From the NCBI RefSeq assembly GCF_000150275.1, contig NW_002060949.1, forward strand, positions 4,955,006-5,019,005: 64,000 nucleotides of DNA. Reading direction: 5' to 3'. The position numbers were made by a program, and so were the translations under genes. Below, piece by piece: positions 27,701 through 41,422 of the stretch. The notes under the pieces were generated by a model. The model was not told where the DNA came from. It did not search any database and worked only from the letters and a program-made list of their open reading frames with translations. Within the stretch, counting starts at the first letter, position 1. Each line of letters begins with the position of its first letter. The DNA comes from Trichoplax adhaerens. Taxonomy: Eukaryota > Animalia > Placozoa.

Positions 27701-29672
27701 TGCATAGCAATAACTATCTATATAATCTCATTCATCATGCGATGGCGGATGATTGATTGATTTTTCGCTATGTCAAGGATCGTGATAATATTGTTGATAC
27801 GTTTATAACTAGAGTATAAGCTTGAAGGAATTTCCTCTCGAAGTAATACCATTTTAATATAGCTATTTGGTTACCAGTAATTTTTTATAATCCCCAATTG
27901 TAACATAAATAGCTCGCTCCACTATATTGAAATTAATTTTTGCTGAATGTTATTGTCATGAAATACTATGACAAAGAAAAAATTTAGTGTAGCATGCAGG
28001 ACAGTAGAATGGAAAAAAATAAAAATTAATATACAAACTCGATTGACTTTATCGCTTGCGTAGTATTAAACTATCCATTAAAACACTAATGAGAACACTA
28101 TTGAAATTGCTAACAGCATCAACGCTATTGTTGTTGTTTTTATACAGTACTATGGGGTTTCTAGCCATCTTCAGAATATAAATGACCGCGTGATGTACCA
28201 TGGACTTATAGATCATCGCATCTAAAAGTCCATAGTTGTACTCGTACGTAGAGGATTTTTGTTCAGATAACGATACTTGAAACAAGAGTTGATTTATTCG
28301 AGGCTTTTTCTACATGCCATGATGGTATAAATGATGTCATACTACTGTAATTTACTCTAATGCATACGTTGAGATATCATTATCGTAGATATGACTAAAA
28401 ACGAAAACAAATAAAAAAACTAATTACTATAATGCTTTCCTTGCCTCTCTATCTAAAAACATGATTGCCTCCGATCGTTGCCAAAGCAATTCTGTATGTA
28501 AAATACGTAATAATAATACGATTAATCACTGGGAAAGATTGTCTAAAATATATACTGAAGAATGCATGGGTAATTTGGTATATACTGTAATATAACATTG
28601 ATAATACTACAAAGACATGATCATTGATCGACATGCTAGTCCGCAATAGCCTCATTAAAATGATAATAATACATTACTTAGCATTGTTATCAAGTGTACA
28701 CTATAGTGTTTATAGGATTTCTCTCTTGAATAGACAAGAAGAGATCTGATGATAACGTGATGAGAAGCTCCATCCAATTCATCATCGTATCTTTATTTCC
28801 ATGTAGGAATGGAGCGATAGATTGACTAACGCCATCGGCGGTGAAGTCAATCGACGATCATGATGAGTACAGAATAATGTTTCAGCTATCATAAAATTGA
28901 GTAAAACGAAACTGAAGATTGTGTGTCTGACTATGTACGTAATGAAATATAAAGATACAACATAAGATTGCATTCATTAATTGTGCGTACCATGTAATAA
29001 TAATAATGATGATCATCTTTTTTTCCACGACATCACTATCTGTCTTGTGTCCAGCGTAATGAATAACCAATCCATTCAATGAGTTGGAAGTAGAGTGATC
29101 AATCGTTTACTAATTGAAATGAATTGGTATCCTTTATAGTTGGATAAAATTTCAAATTCCCAATTTGAAATAGATCCTATTTAATTTACCTAATAGGGAG
29201 AATCAATCCTAATCGAGTCATTGACATTTTACTCCTTCTAAAGTCAGTGTAGTAATTAATCAATGCAATAGGATGGGCTTCTAGTGTGATTGAATTTCTT
29301 CCTAAATCCTCCAAAGGAACTACTACAAGACCGTGAATCAAGATAGCCTTGAATGGGCCGAAATCTCAATCATCGGTATCGTGCATGACCTTTTTTGACT
29401 GTGAGTTTGCATTAATCAAATAAATTTGTTTACTCGCGGTTTACCATTTCATACACGATTTTACTGGAGAAGCGCTAGTCTATCAACTTATCATACCAGT
29501 AAATTAAGCAAAGAAAAATTAAAAAAGAAAACCATACACCTTATGATCATGCCAAAAAATGAGCTAACATGATGAAATAGTTTATCGATCATTTCTTACC
29601 ATGTTCACAAACGAAGAGTATTGACAAAAGCAATAAAATGCGATTGGAAATATTACGCCTTGTCGTCGCCAT
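24790..29672 (-). CDS. TGF-beta superfamily type I receptor Ser/Thr kinase, BMPR1/ALK3-6-like; exons 29600-29672, 26946-27275, 26539-26647, 26238-26382, 26028-26153, 25781-25945, 25537-25714, 25252-25449, 25010-25149, 24790-24924
   Basis: Signal peptide, Cys-rich ectodomain with CCNSDYCN box, TM, GS box [25 protein letters not shown] and GTKRYMAPE. The L45 loop [15 protein letters not shown] resembles ALK3/6 (AADIKGTGSWTQLYL) more than ALK1/2 or ALK4/5/7. Confidence 0.93.
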
Positions 29673-29924
29673 GTTTGCTTTGAATGTCGGCGACACGCAC
29701 GCGTAGTGTTTACATAACCTCTTATCTTAATCTTTTTATTATGCTGGCGAGCGAGACGACTGTCGATCGGTACAATCAAAGTTGACCCGTAATCTTCTGA
29801 CGTAACTGATACGAGACCGCCCCGGACAATAAAAAATCACACTACAGTGTTGAAAGACGTGACGTTAACCAGTCAAAAAGCGCGATATCCGTGGTGACTT
29901 GCAAAATGAAATGTCACCCATGCA

Positions 29925-31470
29925 TGTACATTGTTCTGTACTGTACACTATAGTACTACAGTATACTGTATAGAGTAGACTGTACTGTAGACACTATAGT
30001 ATACTGTACTGGGTCAAGAAGAGAAAAAGTTCAAGGCAATTTTTCTTTCAGGACACTATAGTATTATTGTCAACCAGGTCCAAAAAACTGCATATACTGT
30101 ACTGGAATGCAGTCAATCCTTCTTGTACTCAGTTGGGCTCGTTAATTAATGATGATGAGTATTCAAAGGGTAAATCTACAATCTAGCTTGTGGCGTGAAA
30201 TGGTATAATTACGCCTATATCAACATACCAGTAATCGGAATTGAATACATGACAAGGCTCTTATTGTAAATCCCGGCGACTTGGACTCTTTCCGGTCTTG
30301 TGATTCGCTCTACTTATTGTGTTGTACTTCTACGGTATTAGTCTCTGGTCGAATACCGTAATTCGGTACCAAAACGATACGCTACTACCGTTCAGGACTA
30401 GAAAAAAAAATCTTTTCCAGTAGTCCTTGATTCGGTATTTCGGTGTACAGTACTGTAGTACTGCACTACGGGTATACAAGACTGTTATTCGATTGAATAC
30501 AGTTATTCAGCCACCCTTTGGTTTTATGGTGGCCGTCGAATGGAAGGTGTACTCTACTCGATTAGCAACAGCAAAGTCATCTATTCTCTTTACTAAATAA
30601 TGTGAAAGTTGTCGAATTAATTCAAGCGCTCCATTGATCCCTAAGCTGGTTCTCGAATACTGTACAGTACACTGTGTACAGTGTACAGTGTACAGTACGC
30701 CAAACTAGAGTACAGTACAGTACTGTACTGCGCTTAGTGCCGACTGCAGACTACAGTACAAATTATACTGTACTGAACACAGTGTACAGTATATGTAGTA
30801 CTGTACATTGTACTGTAGTGTACTCTACTCTTTTAGCAATTAGCAGCAGCAAAGTCATCTATTCTCTTTACTAATAAGAGTGAAACCTTGTCATATTAAT
30901 TCAAGCGCTCCATTGATCCCTAAGCTGGTTCTCGCATACTGTACTGTACACTGTACAGCACTGTATAATAGCAGTGTACTCTGCTCTATTAGCAATTAGC
31001 AACAGCAAAGTCATCTATTCTCTTTACTAATAAGAGTGAAACGATGTCGTATTATTAATTCAAGCGCTCCATTGATCTCTAAGCTGGCTCTCGCATACTG
31101 TACAGTACAGTGTACTGTATAGTCTACAGCACGCCAAACTACTGTACTGTAGAGTACTGCGCTTAGTGCCGACTACAGTACAAGAGCAACAGCAAAGTCA
31201 TCTATTCTCTTTGCTAATAAGAGTGAAACGTTGTCATCATATTAATTCAAGCGCTTCATTGATCCCTAAGCTAGTTCTCGCAATAGCAATGTACTCTACT
31301 CTATTAGCAATTAGCAACAGCAAAGTCATCTATTCTCTTTACTAATAAGAGTGAAACGTTGTCCTATTAATTCAAGCGCTCCATTGATCCTTAAGCTCGT
31401 TCTCGCATACTGTACTGTACTGTACACAGTGTACAGTACAATAGCTTCTCATGCCTGTACAGTACAATGT
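29925..31470. repeat. TACAG/CTGTA tracts in the receptor/HSPBP1 divergent interval
   Basis: Dense at 29925-30105 and 30445-31470. Confidence 0.9.
30547..31405. repeat. Five copies of a ~93-bp module separated by variable, mostly TACAG-type spacers
   Basis: AGCA(A/G)CAGCAAAGTCATCTATTCTCTTT...ATTAATTCAAGCGCT...TCTCG begins at ~30564, 30842, 30998, 31184 and 31313. Confidence 0.95.
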
Positions 31471-31538
31471 TCTGTACAAGTGTACATTCCTTGACGTGCA
31501 CTGTCTACACAACGCGTGCGCACTTGTTAAAATCAAAC

Positions 31539-34527
31539 ATGGCAGATCGCAGTAGAAGGAGAATCAACATCGAAGGCGTGTTGCGATTCGCATTAGAACA
31601 TCAAGATGCCCCAGCTGCTGGAGGAGAAATTGCCTATCAGCCTATTTCGGAAGATGTAAGCTATACAATGTTAGAAAAAGATCGATTTTCATGCTAGCTA
31701 AGCCTAGATCGTTTACTATCGTATTTAGTAGTTTTTTCTTCAACCAAGTGTTGATTTCATACTCAAGTCGGTGATTCAGTAAACACTGTTGAATCTCTCA
31801 TATTGTATCATTGACACAACGATCTTGAACAGACGAACAATAGTAGGATAGTATCAATGCATAATATAACTTTCTCTTCCTTAATCGATCAACTTATTTT
31901 GACTTGAACATAACTATACAAGAACATTCATACACACGTAATGTTGCATATACGTATGGTGTAGTAGATCGAGAAAATGGGTTCAGAAATGTATTGGTTT
32001 TAAACTGCATATCATAGACACGTGGGGAATGGATCTAGCATAAAATGATCCTTCTCCTCATTGGAGATACGATTTATAACTCTACGTAGAAAGTACTACA
32101 GGAAGTGTTGAAACACTTATACTAATATTGATGAATAAATGGATTGATTAATGTAAAGAGACGGACCTGGTTGAGAGCAGCATTAGATTTTTTATCCAGC
32201 GCAGAAAGTGAAATTGATCGCTTGAAAGCTTGTACGGAAGTATTGAAAAAATCGGAAATGAAACGAAAGGAGCGCAATATTGATACTTATGCTGATTCCG
32301 ATGAAGACAAAAAATTAGTTCTAAATGCTTTGGAGGAGATTATTGAAATTATCGATCAGATCGATAATGCACGAGGTAAGTTTTTGCTTTATGTTCATGA
32401 TAACATTTAAAAAGTTAAGCTTGTTCATTCCATGTAAATATCAATGCATTTCTTTTCCAATAAAATAAACTTCAGTATTCAGTATTGTGATAGTGCAGTT
32501 TTCCTCTTATAGATTGTAGGTAGATGTAATTTTCGTTATTTGCATTATTAGATTTCTGTACTATTGGTGGATTGAAATATGTGGTTAATTTAATCGAGGA
32601 AATCAAAAACAAGTAAGTTATTCCACTGTACCGGTAATACGAGTACGCGTATTAATATTACATATAAATAGAAGCTGGTTACTTTAACCTACTGTAGAAC
32701 AGTTTAATGTCGATGTAATTACGCCTGGTTGAAGTGATATCACATTTTACTATTCGAAGATATATCTATTTGATATGGGAGTTCAAAGTGTCAAATTAAT
32801 GTCTGATGCAAATATGCTATTAGTGTATACTGTACACCTTAGCGGCTAATGTTACCGCTTGAATTGAATTCAGTCAATTAATAAGATACTATGGTTACCC
32901 TGATCCCACTCATGACGGGATTATGTTCCGCTGTAAAGTAATTTCAGATTGGATTTATAAATTGTCTGTAGTCCTTTACAGTGACACCTGTATGGTATTT
33001 GATTTGATCTTGCTAATATGAACATTTTATGAACGAATTAATGATTTCAGTGATATCATTATTGCCTCATGTAACGTAATTGCCACCGTCACTCAAAACA
33101 ATCCATCGTGTCAAGACTTTGCTATTCGTTGCAAAGTTATTCAGCCGTTACTAAATTTGTTGCAAAACTCGGATGTGACAGAAGTTAAGGTTAAATGCGT
33201 ATATGCATTATCAGGTGAGAGGAACTACTATTTGAAAGCACTCTATTATGACATCATGCTGTATACTTTGAAATATCATTGAGCATGTATCGGCTACGAA
33301 GATAGCAATTGCCTCTGTCATAAAGCTAGTTCTAGTTATTTATTGCTACAGTCGAAAGTTTCAAGCCTTACTGTCCTATAGATTAGGCAATGTAGTACAT
33401 CCGGATGCATCCTAGCCGTGTAGTATATTTTCATTAACAAATGAATGATAGGCTGTTTGTCATTTTTGCTCTATCGTACATTCATAGTCTTAACAGATAC
33501 ACGATCGTAGCGATTAAAATTCTTTTTAGAAAATCTTCAACTGCGCTGCCTGCGCAATATGTATACGTAAATCATTCATCTAATAAATTATATCTTCTAA
33601 CTGGAGATCGCTTAATGCAACATTTATGCAAAGAATCTTTTCGTAACGTCTTGATTTCATTAATGAGTAGACAGTAGACTATGGTTCTAGTTTTAAGTAT
33701 ATCTGGATTTGAAATACAATATTGTCAAATTATAGCATATAAACAAATTATGCAAAAGAATGGCATCCAGTATAACTTTTATAAAGTAAGCTAATAAAAT
33801 ACTGTTACCTTACAATAGGCCTGATTAGAGAGCACATAAAGGCCCAGGAGTCATTCGCTGAAAACGATGGATACTCAATTATTGTTCGTTCCCTACAAGT
33901 GAAGGCGCCAAAATTGCGAATTAAAATAGCTTTCTTATGTAAAGCGTTGTGTGCTCATCAACCTGAAATTAAAGGTAAGATTATTCCAATTAATATTACC
34001 AGCATGATGATACCAAAATATGCCAAAAAGTATTGGGTTTAAATGTACATTAATATCGTTTGGTTATTGTATGGCTATTAACTATGTTTTGTGATTGTTT
34101 AATTTCTGTTCTAGATATTCTACTTCGCGTTGGATTTGTTGATCACCTTGCTGTGATTTTGCAGGAACCTCACAATAGCTACCATGAACACGTCTTGAGC
34201 GCATTAGTAGCTATAACCGATAATTGTGCTCCTGCCGTTGAAGCATGCCGTCAATCGCATCTTGAATTTGAAAAATCACTACGCTCGATCAAAGATCAAA
34301 TTTTATCTAGCCCTGAATTACGTGATTCACAGCAGGTATATTACGATAACTTTTGTAATCATCGTATTAAAACGTAGTAATTATAGCAAGAGCAGCTTAC
34401 AGTACTATCGCTATGATGAGTGCCGTTAACTTTATCAAATATTGATTTACAGGAAGAGCTGCAATATTGTGAGAAATTATTAACCTGCTGTTTTGACAGT
34501 GATACTTTAGCAGTCGGAGAAAGATAG
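31539..34527 (+). CDS. HSPBP1: Hsp70 nucleotide exchange factor HSPBP1/Fes1 (ARM repeats); exons 31539-31655, 32159-32375, 32552-32612, 33051-33214, 33819-33974, 34115-34335, 34453-34527
   Basis: RRTWLRAAL, IDNARDFCTIGG, TQNNP and KCVYALSGLIR motifs. No signal peptide or KDEL, so not SIL1. Introns are phase-consistent GT-AG. Confidence 0.88.
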
Positions 34528-35706
34528 TTTTCAAATGGCATACAGACTGCTATGGGACTAATTCTTATAAATCCAAAGTCATAATCATATGGCACTAAAT
34601 TTACTGTGTATAGCGATACGAATATATTAACGATTTTATTATGGTTGATGCTTATCTCACTTCAGCAACGGGTACATTTATTTTGAGACTAGATGTATAT
34701 GAACGTCTAACTATTTCAATTTTAACTCTGTTGTTAACGTTAAGTAGCTCTTTAGTATCAATTAGATCGATTAAGTTTTTTCGTCGTAATTGACGATATT
34801 TATGTCATTTTCACTTTAAAATTGTATGACACTAATCTATATCGTGATCATGCGGTGGCACCGTACGATAACTAATATACATACTCGTATATATATATAT
34901 GTTTACGCAGACAGATTGCGAATTGAATGGCTTGTATTTGTCTTTTCTAGATAAAACATACTGGATAGTAACATAATAGATGCTTCTATTTCAATAAAAT
35001 TACTATGAATTGTTGATTATAAACGGCTTTATAATTAAATTTTGTTTCATAGTTACAAGCAGCAGTTGTTAATTACTGATTCAGAGCAGGAATGTTTTAA
35101 TAATTTAATCCGCTAGTTCCTTGCTATAACTTTATAGTTTTAGAAAAGGCACAGTATTTTCAATGTATAGGCACAAGATCGAATAAGAAAAGTGATACAC
35201 CTATCTATGAAACGAAGCTGGCAAGCCTTATTGCTTAATGCCTTTCATGATACAGTACATAGAAGGAGAAGCCTTTAACTATAACAAAATAGTTAATTGA
35301 CCGTAAATACCGTAAATTCAGATCAGTTGTCAGTTAATAATATGCGCTGTAAGTGTCAGAAGAAGACGACTACTATTATTATATCATAGTTAAGATATAC
35401 TAGGCTACCAAATTGGCTTATGCAAAGCGTAAAATGTGTCAAGAGTTGGATTAAAATACAAACGAGGTACTGCAACTCTAATTTCTTTTCTTTATTTATT
35501 AGGGCAAAATCGATCAAATTTTAACTGCTACACATTAAGCTATAGTATTAATATTTCATTCTTGTAATATGATATCATGCGCTTACCTACATCACGCGTC
35601 TATATGAAATACAGAAAATGATTTGAATACTTTACGTAAAAATTTAGAAATTTTCTTACAGTGTACTAGACTAAAATATGACTATCATAAAATTATGCAT
35701 TTATTT

Positions 35707-37341
35707 TTAATCCACAGGGGTGACAGCAACAGCTTCATTCTCAATGCTGCATTCATCAACACCACGAAGGATTCTAAAAAAGCCATTTTCTCCCCATTTT
35801 GTTCCCCTACATTATAAGTATTATATTTTTTTAGAAATAAGATTGAAATATTTATCAGAGTTAAGGTAATAAAAGGATAATTGTTAATTAAGTTGATCTT
35901 GTATATATGCGATAATTAAATATTTATCTTCTTTAGATAGTAAGCACAAAGAATCTAATTAAAAAATTCAATGTCGAGATAATCTATAAGCATACATCAT
36001 CATATCGGTTACATCAATTGATTACTCATGACTGACTTACCAAGAATTTTTAACAATCCAGTAGTCTTTGCCAGATTTCTGGTCAGTTCCATAGCCAACT
36101 AATAAAACAGCATGGTTGGTAATCTGCCATGGATTATAACTATCTCCTAATCCGGTATGCTGATAAATACCACCTTTGTAATGCTTAAAATCGCCATAAA
36201 CCTCAAAACTAATAGAAATAGGGCCATTCTTTACCAACTCGCGCATCATAAGGTATTCATTGCATGCACCGTAAAATCCACCAACGTAATAGTAGTTCGT
36301 GGTCGAATGGCGACGGCATTTCGATTTGGTTTCTTTACACGGTTCGTCTTTTCCATTATAAGGGAAGCAGCTTTCTTCAACTAAGCCAAAATCTTCACCA
36401 TATTTACCAGCTATTAAGTATGGAAAACCACCAGCGCAACCTTGCGCGTACTCACTACAACTGACAACATCTTGAGGAGACATTACTCTTTTTACGCTAT
36501 TCTTACTTAGCACTCTGAGTCGAGCTTCATACATTGCCATGGAACTAAATGCGTAACAGCTACCACATGCTCCTTGATTTCTGACAGGCGATACGTAGTT
36601 CACGTTGGATACATTACGCCAATCAAACTGTTTTGGGAAGTAAATAAATTCGTCACTGTTACGAGATAGTCTATCTCGTTTCATCCTAAGTCGAGGTCCA
36701 GCGAAAGATTTGGGTACAGTTGGTCTACCAGATCGCATATTTAATTCAGCTAGAGTAAAATCTTCATATTCTGGGTATTCAGTAGCAGTCCACAAGCTTT
36801 GTGCACTATTAATTTGATTGATATAATCTTTATTGGGTATATATTTACGATGTTTTTGAAATTCTTGTAGAACAATTTGCTCTCTTAGATCGTGAGTACG
36901 AATTTCAGTACCTGATGGATGCATTTTAGTAGCATAATAGCATTGCCAATTGCTGTTATCGGTACTATGAGCCCATCCAAGTTGGGTTTGATCGCACATA
37001 CTGGTTACTTTTGATCCGTGCTTAACATATTTGGAAAATGCAAAGTATTTTCTACCAGCTAAGACAATTTCAAATCCTTGATTATAAACCATTGTCCAAA
37101 AGCCTACATTTCCAGCAGCATCGACTGCTTTATCGGGAAAGAGTAGGTGAACAGTATAGTTGTTGGTAATCTTGAAATTTTTAGAGCAATCCACTTTCTT
37201 GGTCATTCCATCAACACCCAAGTGCAGCACCCATGTACCAACGGAATCGCCATAAGTACAATTGGCTGGTGTATCGCTCTTGCATAAAGCTAAAAAGGAA
37301 AAAAGAACGACAACAACGCCAGCAAAATAGCGAGAATTCAT
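35707..37341 (-). CDS. CTSC: Cathepsin C / dipeptidyl peptidase I, 466 aa; exons 36041-37341 and 35707-35806
   Basis: Signal peptide then exclusion domain DTPANCT..., [10 protein letters not shown] catalytic Cys, TNHAV His, KNSW|G Asn, ending RGVDECSIE. Confidence 0.96.
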
Positions 37342-37494
37342 GTCGATATTGGTAGTCGATTGGAGGGAAAATGCTTGATGTTTGTCGGCGAGATTTTCCT
37401 GACTGGTTGCAAGGTTACCGACTTCCAGTGTCACCGTATCGCTGCTTCGAGCTTGAATCACATGATTCGCATGCAAATTATTCACTTTTGTGTT

Positions 37495-37615
37495 ACATAC
37501 CGTACCGTACCATAAGGGTTACCTTCATGAAGGCTACAGTACTGTACTGCACTGAACCACAGTACTCTGCATTGTAGCGTTTAGTGTACTGTACTGTACT
37601 GTAGAGTACTTACTA
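37495..37615. repeat. CCGTA/CTGTA pentamer tract just upstream of CTSC
   Basis: ATACCGTACCGTACC, TACAGTACTGTACTG and GTACTGTACTGTACTGTAG. Confidence 0.85.
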
Positions 37616-39532
37616 GAGATTGTATAAAATTTACAGTATCCCAGCAACAACTTCGACACCTGGAGAGCCTAGACCATAACATATAACGGTAGTGATAAAT
37701 TATTTGTCAGGTCTAGATAAATATAATATTTGGAGGGCCTTCATGAGTGCTATAGTAGATTGGAGTCGGATTGGACGCGAGAAAACAATCTTGCATTTCG
37801 AAATGAATAAGATGGAAGTTGCAGAATACTGCAGTGTACAGTGCCATAAGCGGCAGGTTTTTTTCTTTAAGCCCATGATATTACTCTGGCACATACTGTT
37901 CGCTACGAATTGCTTCTACGGATTACTAACTGTATCAATTAATTTAGTTAACCGTATACAGTAGTTTATTTAATTTAATTAGTATGTATTTTTGGTAAGA
38001 TCCTACTAACTTTCAGGTTATTCACAGAAGATTGTACTTTAAATAGCATATTGCGTGGATTTTATACATTAATTCATTAAATAATTAATTATAATGAATT
38101 CATGGAGTAAGAAATAGCAGAATCATGCAATATTTTCTAATGAAAAGAGTGTATAAAAATGACCGTAGTTAAACTACAGTACTGTATCTAGTAACTAATT
38201 ATAATATTAATAATTCATTCGCTAGGGTTAGGGTTAGGGATATATACAGTATAAAATAATTGATTCACCGCTCGTGTAAACGGATCTACAGTATTCAATA
38301 CTGTAGATAGAGCTGAAAGTATTACTGTTAAGAAACCTGGAGCAGTATATAAAGTGATGGTAGTGGTAGTAACTTGTCAGTATGCACTTTCTGGGCTTCC
38401 TACGTATTGCCATTTCTGCTAATTTAAACTTCTTACTAGTTATAGTTACTTATTGCTAGTAATATAGTACTATACTACACTACTGGATATTGTATGAACA
38501 TGAAGGACTCACCTGTACGAGTATACACTATTGTATACCAATAAGCAACCAATATGAAGTTCTTAAGAGTACTAATGTAAGACTCCGCTAACTGCATTAA
38601 AAAAATGGCTATAACTGGTGATACGCTGAATTGATAGTCGTAAACAACATCAGTATCGCTAGTTCTTTTATAACTCAACAAAATATAGCTTACATAGAGA
38701 AAATGGAACACTTTGCCGCTGCCATTGTCATTTGACCTCGCAGCTTCGTTACTTTATTTATATACTCAACAAAAGATAATAATATGATGATAGCGTCGTG
38801 AAAAATATAAATATGCCTACATTCCTCTACAAATCCACGATAAGCTGCAAACTACGTACTAAATTTTTTTGTAATACGTCAATTTAACTGACTATGAGTG
38901 CAGTATAAGTAGATACGTATTAGCGAGAATCGAGTCGTATAAGAATGGCCCTACCAGCTACATTTGGCACAATGTCCATCAACTGAAGTTTTTTGGCTGT
39001 ACAGTATTCATTATATATAGCCTCACATTATATCTGTATATTTATCCATTTATATATGTATATATAATAAATAGATATCAAATAGGTTGAATAAATTTTA
39101 GGACGCTAAAGAGGATTAGTAAGAGTAGATGACAATCAAATCTTCAAATTGGCTGCCCAATTGAATAGGTATACGCCTTATGTATATCATACAATGTGTG
39201 CAATATATACAAAGTATTATTCTCTAATTCGCACAGAACGAATATCTGGTTATTATTGGTATACGAGTCAACCTACCAGTCGGTAATGGCGATTATTTCG
39301 ATATAGTAAATCATCGACACCCCAGAATACAATACACGCTAGAGGGCTATCTCGATAATTAACACCTATCATGTAAAGTTTACAATATAATACATAATCT
39401 CTAGCAATTCCTATCAATTTATACAATGAATGTCATCAACTGAGCGTCAATTAATAAAATTGAACGGTTTATACAGTTCAAATCGCAATATATTTATATA
39501 TGAAATAATGTAATGGCTTATACTGTAACTAA

Positions 39533-40888
39533 TCAAACGTCTAACGGATGAGAATGGCATCTAATGGTTGGATTTCCAACAGGGAAATCGTCTGTGATGG
39601 CTAATTCACTAAAATCTATTCTCACTTTTCTGGCAATTTGCAACATTCTAATTTGATCTTTTGGACGGATTTGATGTTCGGCAAATCGAGACTCAATTTC
39701 ACCTCTTGTATAGTTATGATTAGGTTCAGGAGGATAATAAACATGAAATCCTGTCGTAAAAATGAAAGACTTGAAGTTACGATTCACTGGCAATGAGAGA
39801 AAATTACAGTGTGTGCGTATACTACTTTACTCTATTATACGTAGTAGTGTCATTCTGTAATTGTAAATCAGTATTTCATGAGTAACTTTTGCATCTAAGC
39901 AAAATGTACTTTAACTAACAGGAATCAATGATAAAACTTGACCACAGTAAAAGCATCAGTAAAAAAGGTGATATAATATTTCAATGAAGCAAAATATCGA
40001 CTCACGATTATCATGTTGAGGAATGACATTGAATTGTCTACCCAAAATGGCGACGTAAACGTCATCCACACTACTAATCACACGAACAGATTTGATAGCT
40101 AAAAGTAACTTTTTGACGACCGATCCCGACATTACGTAGGCAAAACCAGAGCAAAATTTAGGAAAATGATCAGCAGGATAATCTTCATATGATACGAAGT
40201 ACTTATTCCGTCTATCGCGAACGACCATACGAGCTAGAAGAGAGTGAGAAGAGCGACAAATCCAGACGTCTTCGTCGTATCGTGTTAGAGCAAATTCTCG
40301 GATAGCATCAAATAGGAGTGGAGCATTGACGAAAATATCGTCATCACCTTTGAAGAAAAATTTGGGCTGACAGTTCCGATGAGCCCACTGCATTCCGAGT
40401 AAGGTCTTGTAGGTTAAATTTTTCATACAATCAATAAATTCTCCTAATACTAAGTCGCCATACATGTGAGATTCTTCTTCGATTTTCTTATCCTTTTCTG
40501 GGTCTCCAGTCCTACCAATGACAAATAACGTCCTCCAAGCATAAGGATGATTGATCCTATTGATGTATTCCTTGCCATCTCCCCAACTTCGTCTAATTGC
40601 ATTTCGCCTTTCAAAGTGAGTTGGATACGAATTAATAACTAAGAGTACGAAAGCAGGTTGATCGCATGGTGTAGCGCTGGAACGGTTGTTGAAATTTAAC
40701 TTATATACCATTTCATCGTCGGGTAAAACATTGGCTTGAACGATATAAACTAATAACACAATATACATTACTATCCCCATGATCATACAAGTTCCTAACG
40801 CACACATAAAACATGAAGGTAAATATTCTCTTTTAACAGAAGTGGTGACGAATCGTTTGGCTCTTTTTCGTTTGAATGTACGAGTCAT
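39533..40888 (-). CDS. GT31 family beta-1,3-glycosyltransferase (B3GNT/B3GALT-like), type II membrane protein; exons 40006-40888 and 39533-39750
   Basis: RRNAIRRSWG, NLTYKT, KGDDDIFVN, FCSGFAY and VDDVY motifs. The phase-1 intron joins DN-RFHVY in frame. Confidence 0.9.
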
Positions 40889-41217
40889 GGATTACTCAAC
40901 CACCATCTACAGTGCGTGTACGATGCCTTTGGAAAGCTAAAATTCGTATCGTAGTCAATTGCTTGAGCAGTGTTGAAAAAATGCCACGTTCGAAGGCAGT
41001 TTCTGCCTAATTCTTGAAGTGATCCAAATGATAGTTTAAGCAATCAAAGAAGGATTATAATTCCAAGTTATAAATAAACTGCAACTTTATCGTATGCTAG
41101 GAATAGCTTTCATGTACATTTTGAATCCTTCCTGAACTGAGCAGAGAGGCGTGAGGCTCGAGGAGATGTCAAGCACTGTTGAAATCATATCATTGTACTC
41201 TACCGAGGCGTTGACTC

Positions 41218-41422
41218 ACTACAGTACAATTTTACAATCTTTTTTACAGTACAGTATGCAATAACAGTCATGGCTAATGAATTTTGAACTGTACTGTACA
41301 GTACAGTACTGTATAGTACTGTACCATTTGACATTTACAGTACTGAAAGTTTTACAGCACTGTACAGTACTGTACAGTACAGTGTACAGTACTGTACTGT
41401 ACAATGGACAGTACTGTACTGT
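41218..41422. repeat. Dense TACAG/CTGTA tract
   Basis: For example ACTGTACAGTACTGTACAGT palindrome at ~41359. Confidence 0.93.

Noticed and set aside
30547-31405. Module/spacer array as CRISPR
   Set aside because: The repeats are too long, the spacers are low-complexity pentamer DNA, and the context is eukaryotic.
37342-37485. 48-aa N-terminal extension of cathepsin C in the ORF track
   Set aside because: It starts at GTG. The ATG at 37341 is followed directly by a proper signal peptide.
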